Origin: Gammaproteobacteria bacterium SG8_30
GTDB taxonomy: Bacteria > Pseudomonadota > Gammaproteobacteria > Steroidobacterales > Steroidobacteraceae
Length of the DNA: 64,000 nt
Reading direction: 5' to 3'
NCBI GenBank assembly: GCA_001303245.1
Contig: LJNS01000001.1
Coordinates: 40,822-104,821 of the forward strand
A model generated the notes under the pieces. It was not told the origin of the DNA. It worked only from the letters and a program-made list of their open reading frames with translations, and did no database searches. The translations under genes and the position numbers were made by a program. Positions 39,119-47,223 of the stretch are shown piece by piece (position 1 is the first letter of the stretch; each line of letters begins with the position of its first letter).

Positions 39119-40058
39119 GCGAACCTCCGAGGGCGGCACGCGGGTCGAACGACAGCTCGCGTCGCATCTGCTCGTACAGCTGGCGCGCCTGCGGCGTATC
39201 GGCCGGCGGCAGCACGATCTGCAGGGCGACGTACTGGTCGCCGGGCGGACTTCCCGGGAGGCCGCGGCCCTTCAGGCGGAGCCGCTGGCCGGCACCGCTG
39301 CCCGGCGGCACGCGCAGCTCTACCGCGCCGCCGAGCGTGGGCACGCGCACGGTCGCGCCCAGCGCGGCCTCCCAGGGCGCGACGGGCAGCGACAGCGTCA
39401 CGTCCCGCTTGTCCACGGTGAAGACCGGGTGCGGCCGCAACGAGACGGTGAGGTACAGGTCGCCGCTGCCGCCCCGGCCCATTCCGGGCGCGCCCTGTCC
39501 TCCCAGGCGGATCACCTGCCCGTCGGTCACGCCGGCCGGGATCTTCACGTTCAGCCGACGCGTGCGCAGCTCTACCCGGCCATCCGCGGTCGCCACGGGA
39601 TGGCGCAGTTCGATCGGATGAGTCCCGCCCGAAAACGCCTGCTCGAGCGCGAGCTCGATCTGGGCGTGGTGATCCTCGCCACGCGCATCGAAGCCACGGC
39701 CGCGCCGGGCACCCGCGAACGGGCTGCCGGCGCCGAAGAGCTCCTCGAAGAAGTCGCTGAAGGCCCCGCCACCACCACGGGCGCCGGAGAACTCGAATCC
39801 GGAGGCCCAGTCGGGCGGCGGCCGAAACTCCTGCCCGGGCCGGTAGTCCCTGCCGAGCTGGTCATACGCGGCGCGCTTCTCCGGGTCCTTGAGCACCTCG
39901 TAGGCTTCCTGGACCTCCTTGAAGCGCTCCTCGGCATCCGGCTCCTTGCTGACGTCCGGGTGGTACTTGCGCGCGAGCCGACGGTAGGCGCGCTTGATCT
40001 CGTCGGCGTTGGCCTCCCGCCCGACCCCGAGCAGCGAGTAGTAGTCCTTGAACTGCAT
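39108..40058 (-). CDS. cbpA: curved-DNA-binding DnaJ-like co-chaperone CbpA
   Basis: J domain MQFKDYYSLLGVGREANADEIKRAYRRLARKYHPDV. No Zn-finger region. Two DnaJ C-terminal beta domains. 316 aa. Confidence 0.88.
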   Translation of the reverse strand: MQFKDYYSLLGVGREANADEIKRAYRRLARKYHPDVSKEPDAEERFKEVQEAYEVLKDPEKRAAYDQLGRDYRPGQEFRPPPDWASGFEFSGARGGGGAFSDFFEELFGAGSPFAGARRGRGFDARGEDHHAQIELALEQAFSGGTHPIELRHPVATADGRVELRTRRLNVKIPAGVTDGQVIRLGGQGAPGMGRGGSGDLYLTVSLRPHPVFTVDKRDVTLSLPVAPWEAALGATVRVPTLGGAVELRVPPGSGAGQRLRLKGRGLPGSPPGDQYVALQIVLPPADTPQARQLYEQMRRELSFDPRAALGGSHAA

Positions 40059-40189
40059 GCGAGTCCCGTCGGTGCGCGTCTATCCGCCACGCATTGTGTA
40101 GTTTCCACGATTTTTCAAGCCCCTCGCGTCCGCAAGTGTCACGCTTGACCGTCAAGGGGATTCCGCGGCCCCACGGAGGTCACGCCAGA

Positions 40190-40636
40190 ATGGGTGCTGC
40201 TGCCTCGCTGCACGTCGTTTGCCCGGGTTGCGAGTCGGTCGTGAGAGTACCGCGCGAGCGGCTCGACGAGCGGCCGAAGTGCCCGCGGTGCAAGTCCCAC
40301 CTGTTCGCCGGCAAGCCGGTGGACCTGAACGGCCCCGCGTTCGATGCCCAGATCGGGCGCAGCGACCTGCCCGTCGTCGTCGACTTCTGGGCCCCCTGGT
40401 GCGGGCCCTGCCACGCCATGGCACCGCAGTTCGCAGCCGCGGCCGCCCGTCTCGAGCCGCGCTTCCGCTTCGCCAAGGTCAACACGGACGAATGCCCCGA
40501 CCTCGCCTCGCGCTTCGGCATCCGCAGCATTCCGACCCTCATACTGTTCCGGGCCGGGCAGCCGGTTGCGCGCAAGGCCGGCGCCATGGACGCCGGCGCC
40601 CTGGCGCGGTGGCTCGAGGGAGCGGCCGGGGGCTGA
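40190..40636 (+). CDS. trxC: thioredoxin 2 (TrxC) with N-terminal zinc finger
   Basis: Trimmed to MGAAASLHVVCPGCESVVRVP..CPRCKS (two CxxC motifs), then FWAPWCGPCHAMAP, the thioredoxin active site. Confidence 0.88.
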   Translation: MGAAASLHVVCPGCESVVRVPRERLDERPKCPRCKSHLFAGKPVDLNGPAFDAQIGRSDLPVVVDFWAPWCGPCHAMAPQFAAAAARLEPRFRFAKVNTDECPDLASRFGIRSIPTLILFRAGQPVARKAGAMDAGALARWLEGAAGG

Positions 40637-40666
40637 GCGGAGCGTGCCCCGGCCGCGGCGAGCCGC

Positions 40667-41935
40667 TCACTTGAGCGAGTGCAGCCCCATCATGCGCAGC
40701 ACGTACTTCTCGTAGACGGGCGTGATCGAACCCACGCGAACCTTGCGCAGGAAGTACTTCTCGAAGGCGATCTTGGCGAGGTGCACCCAGTAGCCTTCCT
40801 TCGCCCAGGTCAGGTTGCGTGGCGGAATCTGCGGCATGGCCACGAAGGCCGCACCGGAGTCGCCGAAATCGGCCAGGCAGAGCGCGTTCCAGGTGGCCTT
40901 GGCATCGGCCGGCCGGCCCGCGATATCCGCGGCGATGTTCTCGCCGATGGCACTGACCATCGACTCGATCATGAAGCCGGTCTTGGGGGCTCCGGTCGGC
41001 ACGGGCGTGGGTTCCACCGGCGGGATCGCGATGCAGACGCCTGCGGAGAAGATGCTCGGGAACTTCTTGCTGCGCTGGTGCTCGTCGACGATCACGAAGC
41101 CTCGCGGGTTGCACAGCTCCGGGACCGCGGCCACGGCGTCGACGCCCTTGAAGGCCGGCAGGATCATGGCGTACTTGAACGGCAGCTCGTGCTGCTTGCG
41201 CAGCTTGCCGTCGTCGTCCAGCTCCTCGACCTTCAGGCTCCCGGCCTCCGCCCCCGTGATCTTGGCGTTCGTGATCCACTTGATGTGTCGCTGCCGCAGC
41301 TCGGACTCCATCAGGCCCTTGCTGTCCCCGACGCCGCCGAGCCCCAGGTGGCCGATGTACGGCTCGCTCGTGACGTAGGTCATCGGCACCTTGTCGCGCA
41401 GGCGGCGCTTGCGGAGGTCGGCGTCGACGATCGTCGCGAACTCGTAGGCGGGGCCGAAGCAGCTCGCCGCCGGCGCCGCGCCGATGATCACCGGACCGGG
41501 GTCGGCGAGGAAGCGCTCGTAGGCCTCCCACGCCTGCTGCGCGTGCGCGTGGGTGCAGATGGACTGCGTGTGGCCGTCAGGCCCCAGGCCCGGAATCTCC
41601 TCGAAGGCCAGCTTGGGACCGGTGCTGATGACGAGATAGTCGTAGTCGATGACCCGGCCACCGGCCAGGGTCAGCTTGCGCCCGGGAGCATCGATGGCGA
41701 TCGCGTTCTCGGCGATGAACTCGACGCCCTTGCGGTCCAGCGGCCGCTTGAGGTCGACGCGGGTCTGCTCGCGCGTGCGCCAGCCGACGGCGATCCACGG
41801 GTTGGAGGGCGTGAACTCGAAATAAGGCGTCGCGCCGACCAGCAGCACCTTGTGCTCGGACCCCAGTTTCTTGCGCAGCTCGTAGGCCATCGGCACGCCG
41901 CCGAGCCCTGCGCCGAGAACCACGACCGTCGCCAT
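40667..41935 (-). CDS. sqr: type I-like sulfide:quinone oxidoreductase
   Basis: VVVLGAGLGG FAD motif. Cys127 (SICTH), Cys159 (ASCFGPAYE) and Cys353 (NALCLADFG) sit at positions close to the catalytic Cys triad of characterised type I SQR. RBS AAGGGGG lies 6 nt before the ATG, 27 nt after the RND stop. Confidence 0.85.
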   Translation of the reverse strand: MATVVVLGAGLGGVPMAYELRKKLGSEHKVLLVGATPYFEFTPSNPWIAVGWRTREQTRVDLKRPLDRKGVEFIAENAIAIDAPGRKLTLAGGRVIDYDYLVISTGPKLAFEEIPGLGPDGHTQSICTHAHAQQAWEAYERFLADPGPVIIGAAPAASCFGPAYEFATIVDADLRKRRLRDKVPMTYVTSEPYIGHLGLGGVGDSKGLMESELRQRHIKWITNAKITGAEAGSLKVEELDDDGKLRKQHELPFKYAMILPAFKGVDAVAAVPELCNPRGFVIVDEHQRSKKFPSIFSAGVCIAIPPVEPTPVPTGAPKTGFMIESMVSAIGENIAADIAGRPADAKATWNALCLADFGDSGAAFVAMPQIPPRNLTWAKEGYWVHLAKIAFEKYFLRKVRVGSITPVYEKYVLRMMGLHSLK

Positions 41936-41962
41936 GTCACACCCCCTTGATGAGGCCGCCGC

Positions 41963-44900
41963 TCAGACCCGCTCCTGGCGGCGGCGATAGCTATAGTAAA
42001 GGATGGGTATCACCAACAGGGTGAGCAGTGTCGATACGAATATCCCGAAGATCAGCGAGACGGCCAGCCCGTTGAAGATCGGGTCGTCCAGGATGAAGAA
42101 GCCGCCGAGCATGGCCGCGACCGCGGTCAGGGCGATCGGCTTGGCGCGTACGGCGCCGGCGCGGATCACGGCCTGCGCCAGGTCACGCCCCGCCTCGAGC
42201 TCGACGTTGACGAAATCAACGAGCAGGATCGAGTTGCGCACGATGATGCCGGCCAGCGCGATCATGCCGATCATTGACGTAGCCGTGAACTGGGCGCCCA
42301 GGAGCGCGTGCCCCGGCATGATGCCGATGAGCGTCAGCGGGATCGGCGCCATGATCACCAGCGGCACCGCGTAGCTGCCGAACTGCGCGACCACCAGCAG
42401 GAAGATCAGCAGCAACCCCACGGAGTACGCGAGCCCCATGTCGCGGAAGGTCTCGTAGGTGATCTGCCACTCGCCGTCCCACTTGATCGCGAATCCCGAC
42501 GTGGGCTCCGGCTGACGGGTGAAGTACTGGGCCACCTTCCGGCCGCCGGGCGGCGCGTCCGAGATGGAGCCGACCATGTCGAACATGCCGTACAGCGGAC
42601 TGTCGAGCTCGCCGCCCCCGTCGCCGGTCACCCATGCGTAGCGCGAGCCGTCCTTGCGGTAGATCACCGGGTCCCAGGCGGCACGCTCGAGGTGCGTGAT
42701 CTCGCTGAGCGGTACGGTCTCACCCGCGCCCGTCCGGACCCGCAGCGCCAGCACGCGGTCCAGGTCGGCCTTCTCAGGCACCGGCAGCTCGAGGCGCACG
42801 GGCACGGGGTACTTCTCGCGACCGAGGCGCACGAAGGTCGCATCCATGCCGCCCAGCGCGGCCGCCAGCGTCTCGGTGACCGCCTGCTGCGGCACGCCCA
42901 AGAGCGCCGCCCGCTGCCGGTCCACCGTCACGACGTACCGGTCCGCATCGGCCTCGATGCTGTCGTCGATGTCCACGATGTCAGGCGTCGACTCGAACAG
43001 CTCCCGGACCTCACGGGCGAGCTGCCGCTGCGACTCGTAGCCGGGCCCGTAGATCTCTGCGACGATCGGCGCCATCACCGGCGGGCCGGGCGGCACCTCC
43101 ACCACCTGCACCGAGGCCCCGTGGCGGCGGCCGATCTCCGCAAGCGCCGGTCGGACCGAGCGCGCGATCTCGTGGCTCTGGCGCTCGCGATGATGCTTGT
43201 CCGTCAGGTTGACCTGCAGGTCGCCGAGCTCGCCGCTCTCGCGCAGGTAGTACTGGCGGACGAGCCCGTTGAAGTTAATTGGCGCCGCGGTGCCCGCATA
43301 GGCCTGGTAGTCGGTCACCTCGGGGACCTGCCGCACCACGGCGGCGAGCTCGGACAGCACCGCGGCCGTCTTCTCCACGGGAGTGCCCTCAGGCATGTTC
43401 AGCACGACCTGGAACTCCGACTTGTTGTCGAAGGGCAGCATCTTGAGCACGACCCACTTGAGGCCCACCAGGCTCACCGCCGCCACGATGGCGAGCAGCG
43501 TGGCGAGGTACAGTCGGTGCCGGTTGCGCCGCGCCGTCGGCGCGGTCAGGAAGGGCGACAAGAGGCGCGTGAACAGCGGCTCCAGGGCAGCGCCGCCGTG
43601 TCCGGCGCCGTGCGTCGAGAAGTCGGCGCCGGCCATCATGCGGTTGGATAGCCACGGCGTGAACACCAGCGCCACCGCCAGCGAGATCAGCATGCCGAGG
43701 CTCGCGTTGATGGGAATGGGGCTCATGTAGGGCCCCATGAGGCCCGTGACGAACGCCATGGGCACCAGGGCCGCGATCACGGTGAATGTCGCAAGGATCG
43801 TGGGCCCGCCGACCTCGTCGACCGCCGGCGGAATGGCGTCGAGCAGTGTCCTGCCGCCGAGCGCCATGTGGCGGTGGATGTTTTCGACCACGACTATCGC
43901 GTCATCGACCAGGATGCCGATGGAGAAGATCAGGGCGAAGAGCGACACCCGGTTCAGCGTGAAGCCCCAGGCCCAGGAGGCGAACAGCGTGGCCGCGAGC
44001 GTCACGACGACGGCGGCGCCGACTACGACAGCCTCCCTCCAGCCGAGCGCGAACAACACGAGCAGCACGACCGACGCCGTGGCGAAGGCGAGCTTCTGGA
44101 TCAGCTTCTGGGCCTTGTCGTTGGCGGTCTCGCCGTAGTTGCGCGTGACCGTCACTTCCACGCCATCGGGAATGACGATGCCGCGCAGCGACTCGAGCTG
44201 TGCAATCGCCCGCCTCGTCACGTCGACGGCATTGATGCCGGGCTGCTTGGAAAGCGCCACGGTCACCGCCGGGGCCTCGCCCTCGAGTTCGACGCCACGG
44301 CTACCGGCCGCCGGGCCCGCGCCCATCCACACGTAGCGATCCGGCTGGTCAGGGCCCTCGGTGATCGTCGCCACGTCGGCGAGGAACACGGGCCGGCCGT
44401 CCCACAGGCCAACCACGAGCCCTGCCACGTCGGCGCGACCGGCCAGGAACCGGCCGGCCTGCACCGGCCGCTCCGAACCGCCGCCGATGACGCTGCCGGC
44501 GTGGCGGACCACGTTCGCCGCCTCGAGGGCTGACACGAGCTCGGGCAACGTCAGACCGTAGCCCGTGAGCCGCTGCGGATCGAGCTCCACGTGGACAGTG
44601 TCGTCGGGGCTGCCGATGGTGTAGACGTTGCGTGCGCCCTGCACGCGCTTCAATTCGCTCTCGACTGCGTGCGCCACCTTGGAGAGGTCGAAGGCGCCGC
44701 GCTCGGGATCTTCCGTCCAGAGCGTAATGGCGACTACGGGAACGTCGTCGATTCCCTTGGGCTTGATGATCGGCTGCAGCCAGCCGAGGTTGGCCGGGCG
44801 CAGGTCGAGGTTGGAGAACACGGCGTTGTAGAGGCGCACGATGGCCTCGTTGCGCGGCAGGCCCACCTCGAATTCCACGGTGAGCACCGCCGCGTCCGGC

Positions 44901-45175
44901 CTCGAAACCGAGTAGAGGTGCTTGACGTCCGAGATCTCCGCGAGCACCTGCTCCATCGGCTCCGCGATCAGGCTCTCGACCTGTGAAGCGCTCGCGCCGG
45001 GGAACGGGATGATCACGTTGGCCATCGTGACGTCGATTTGCGGCTCCTCCTCGCGCGGCGTCACCAATACCGCGAACAGCCCGAGCAGCAGGCCGAAGAG
45101 AGCCAAGAGCGGCGTCAGCTGGTTGGTGAGAAACAGCCGCGCGACGCGGCCCGAGAAACCGAGTCGATCTGACAT
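41963..45175 (-). CDS. RND efflux transporter permease (AcrB/ACR_tran family)
   Basis: Trimmed to MSDRLGFSGRVARLFLTNQLTPLL.. (1070 aa). 12-TM, two-large-loop architecture. GILVDDAIVVVENI motif. Confidence 0.9.
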   Translation of the reverse strand: MSDRLGFSGRVARLFLTNQLTPLLALFGLLLGLFAVLVTPREEEPQIDVTMANVIIPFPGASASQVESLIAEPMEQVLAEISDVKHLYSVSRPDAAVLTVEFEVGLPRNEAIVRLYNAVFSNLDLRPANLGWLQPIIKPKGIDDVPVVAITLWTEDPERGAFDLSKVAHAVESELKRVQGARNVYTIGSPDDTVHVELDPQRLTGYGLTLPELVSALEAANVVRHAGSVIGGGSERPVQAGRFLAGRADVAGLVVGLWDGRPVFLADVATITEGPDQPDRYVWMGAGPAAGSRGVELEGEAPAVTVALSKQPGINAVDVTRRAIAQLESLRGIVIPDGVEVTVTRNYGETANDKAQKLIQKLAFATASVVLLVLFALGWREAVVVGAAVVVTLAATLFASWAWGFTLNRVSLFALIFSIGILVDDAIVVVENIHRHMALGGRTLLDAIPPAVDEVGGPTILATFTVIAALVPMAFVTGLMGPYMSPIPINASLGMLISLAVALVFTPWLSNRMMAGADFSTHGAGHGGAALEPLFTRLLSPFLTAPTARRNRHRLYLATLLAIVAAVSLVGLKWVVLKMLPFDNKSEFQVVLNMPEGTPVEKTAAVLSELAAVVRQVPEVTDYQAYAGTAAPINFNGLVRQYYLRESGELGDLQVNLTDKHHRERQSHEIARSVRPALAEIGRRHGASVQVVEVPPGPPVMAPIVAEIYGPGYESQRQLAREVRELFESTPDIVDIDDSIEADADRYVVTVDRQRAALLGVPQQAVTETLAAALGGMDATFVRLGREKYPVPVRLELPVPEKADLDRVLALRVRTGAGETVPLSEITHLERAAWDPVIYRKDGSRYAWVTGDGGGELDSPLYGMFDMVGSISDAPPGGRKVAQYFTRQPEPTSGFAIKWDGEWQITYETFRDMGLAYSVGLLLIFLLVVAQFGSYAVPLVIMAPIPLTLIGIMPGHALLGAQFTATSMIGMIALAGIIVRNSILLVDFVNVELEAGRDLAQAVIRAGAVRAKPIALTAVAAMLGGFFILDDPIFNGLAVSLIFGIFVSTLLTLLVIPILYYSYRRRQERV

Positions 45176-45179
45176 GGCC

Positions 45180-46244
45180 CTAGCGGCCTTCGACCGCGAG
45201 CGTCGCCGCGACGGGGTCGGCCGCGACGCGCTCGCCAGGCTCGAGCCCCGCGAGCACCTCGATCGCACCGTTCACGGCGCGGCCGAGCCGCACCTGCCGC
45301 AACACGATCCGTCCTTCCCCGGTCACGACGTAGACCGCCGTGACCTCGCCCCGCCGCACGACCACCGACGCCGGCACGCGGACGGTCGCGAGATCGCCGA
45401 TCGCGAAGCCGGCCTTGACGAACATGCCCGGGAACAAGCCCGGCGTGCCGGCCGGCAGGTCGATGCGCACGCGCACGGTGTTCGAGCCGGCCGATGCTGC
45501 CGGGAACACCGTGATGCGCTCCGACGGCACCTCCCCCTTCACCGTGCGCACCGTCGCGGCGCCGAGACCTCTCACCTCCTCGGCCAGCGCCTGCGGGACG
45601 TCGACATTGACCCGCAGCACCTCGGGCGCGGCGATGGCGACGAGCGGCGTTCCGGGCGAGACGGCCTCGCCGACGTCGACGTGTCGGCGAGTGACAACGC
45701 CGGCGAACGGGGCGCGTATTTCCGTGTAGCTGAACTGCTCTCGCGCAGCAGCGACGTTGGCTTCTGCGGCCGCCAGCCGCGCTGCGGCGGCATCCCGTAC
45801 CGCCGTGACGCGATCGAGGTCCGCCTGCGAGAGCAGCTTGCGTTCGACGAGGTCGCTGACCCGTCTGAATTGCGCGCGGGCCTCGGTGGCGAGCGCTTCC
45901 GCTTCCGACAGCGACTCGAGAGCGGCGTCGAGGCGGGCGCGCTGTTCCACGGCGCTGATGCGCATGATGAGGTCGCCGCGCCGGACGCGGTCGTCCACGT
46001 CCCGCTCGAGCGCGACGATGCGGCCGCTGGTCTGGGCCGCAAGTGTCGCCTGCTCGACCGATTCCACGATGCCGTCGAACACGCGCTCCCGGTCGATGGC
46101 TGCCGGCTGCACGACGAGCGTCTCGAGGTCGGGCGCGGCCCTTACAGGCCCGGGTGCCGCCTCCTCGCCCCCGCAGCCCGCCAGGGCCAGCAGCGCGGCG
46201 GCCAGGATGAGGCCGGTACCGAGCCCGCGACGCGTGGCGCTCAT
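45180..46244 (-). CDS. RND efflux periplasmic adaptor (membrane fusion lipoprotein)
   Basis: Trimmed to MSATRRGLGTGLILAAALLALAGC (lipobox). Coiled-coil hairpin and beta-barrel motifs (YTEIRAPFAGVVT). Its stop lies 4 nt before the RND start. Confidence 0.88.
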   Translation of the reverse strand: MSATRRGLGTGLILAAALLALAGCGGEEAAPGPVRAAPDLETLVVQPAAIDRERVFDGIVESVEQATLAAQTSGRIVALERDVDDRVRRGDLIMRISAVEQRARLDAALESLSEAEALATEARAQFRRVSDLVERKLLSQADLDRVTAVRDAAAARLAAAEANVAAAREQFSYTEIRAPFAGVVTRRHVDVGEAVSPGTPLVAIAAPEVLRVNVDVPQALAEEVRGLGAATVRTVKGEVPSERITVFPAASAGSNTVRVRIDLPAGTPGLFPGMFVKAGFAIGDLATVRVPASVVVRRGEVTAVYVVTGEGRIVLRQVRLGRAVNGAIEVLAGLEPGERVAADPVAATLAVEGR

Positions 46245-46258
46245 GGCAGACCGCTCCC

Positions 46259-46462
46259 TCAGCCGAATGCCTTCCCGGGCGCGAGCCCGAGCTTGCGGAA
46301 GATCGCTACCGCGGGGCAGAAGCCCGTGAAGGCCGACTGCAGCAGGTTGGCACCCACGAAGGCAGTCAGCCACAGCCACATCGGGCTGACGAGGTAGACG
46401 AGCAGCAGGCTCACCAGAATCATGGTGCCCGCCATGGCGAAAACGGCGCGGTCGATGTTCAC
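46259..46462 (-). CDS. DUF2892 (YgaP-like) two-TM membrane protein
   Basis: 67 aa: MNIDRAVFAMAGTMILVSLLL..WLWLTAFVGANLLQSAFTGFCP... The conserved NLLQSAFTGFCP signature of DUF2892 is present. Confidence 0.75.
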   Translation of the reverse strand: MNIDRAVFAMAGTMILVSLLLVYLVSPMWLWLTAFVGANLLQSAFTGFCPAVAIFRKLGLAPGKAFG

Positions 46463-46684
46463 TCTGCGTCCTCCTGGGAAGTGTCGGCCGGCACGTTACC
46501 GACTGGTAGAGTGAACCCTCAGTAACCAAAGTCACTCCGTGCTTTCCCGGAGCGCGGCGACCCCGGGTCGTCGACGGCGACCCGAGCGTCTATGCAAGGA
46601 ACTAGAGGGCCTGCTGCCGTCGGCAGCGTGCTGGAAGGACCGACCCGGGCGAGTCGGTCGCGGTGTCTCGCGCCTGACCGCCGG

Positions 46685-47113
46685 TTACTCGACCGAGCGC
46701 CGCGGCTCCTGCCCTGGCCCGCCAAGGCGCCGCACGGCCGGTTCGTCCAGCACCATGCCGAGCAGCGACCCGACCGTGCGATGGGCCTCGATCGGGTGGC
46801 GCAGCGGCCGGTCGAGGAACAACCGGTAACGGTTGCGGCGGCCCTCGCGGACGCGCTCCACCACGCCCGCTTCCTCGAGATCGGAGACGATCTTCTGCAC
46901 GGCGCGCTCCGTGATGCCGACCGCGAGTGCGACGTCCCGGAGTCGCGCTTCCGGGTCGCGCGCAAGGCAGACCAGGACGTGGCCGTGATTCGACAGGAAT
47001 GTCCAGTGTCGTGCGCCCGCATCCGCCTCCGGACGACCGCCTCCCGGCATTTCCGCCCGCTCGTCATGGCCTCTGGCCCTCGAGTCGAGGCGTTCCTGTC
47101 CAGGGACCTTCAT
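46685..47113 (-). CDS. winged-helix (ArsR/MarR-like) transcriptional regulator
   Basis: [61 protein letters not shown] shows an HTH plus wing. It contains a single Cys. Confidence 0.72.
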   Translation of the reverse strand: MKVPGQERLDSRARGHDERAEMPGGGRPEADAGARHWTFLSNHGHVLVCLARDPEARLRDVALAVGITERAVQKIVSDLEEAGVVERVREGRRNRYRLFLDRPLRHPIEAHRTVGSLLGMVLDEPAVRRLGGPGQEPRRSVE

Positions 47114-47134
47114 TGCGAGAACCCCTGATCCGCG

Positions 47135-47163
47135 TTGACCGGATCCATGCTCCGCCCTACAAT
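47135..47163 (+). promoter_or_regulatory. near-consensus sigma70 promoter: TTGACC - 17 nt - TACAAT, driving icd
   Basis: Read directly: -35 at 47135-47140, -10 at 47158-47163, spacer exactly 17 nt, 61 nt upstream of the icd ATG. RBS AGAGAGGA at 47209-47216. Confidence 0.5.
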
Positions 47164-47166
47164 ATG

Positions 47167-47194
47167 CGAACTATAGTTCGTGTTTCATAGTTCG
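47167..47194. promoter_or_regulatory. operator-like element: perfect 14-bp palindrome CGAACTATAGTTCG (47167-47180) plus a third half-site ATAGTTCG (47187-47194)
   Basis: Read directly. It begins 4 nt after the -10 hexamer, so it would cover the predicted transcription start. It lies in the divergent region shared with the wHTH regulator gene. Confidence 0.5.
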
Positions 47195-47223
47195 CTATTC
47201 ATTTTTCAAGAGAGGATTATCAC

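Noticed and set aside
40144-40156. Palindrome CTTGAC-C-GTCAAG upstream of trxC as an FNR/FixK box.
   Set aside because: The TTGA and TCAA arms are only 3 nt apart instead of 6. It may still be an operator for some other factor, but there is no supporting context.
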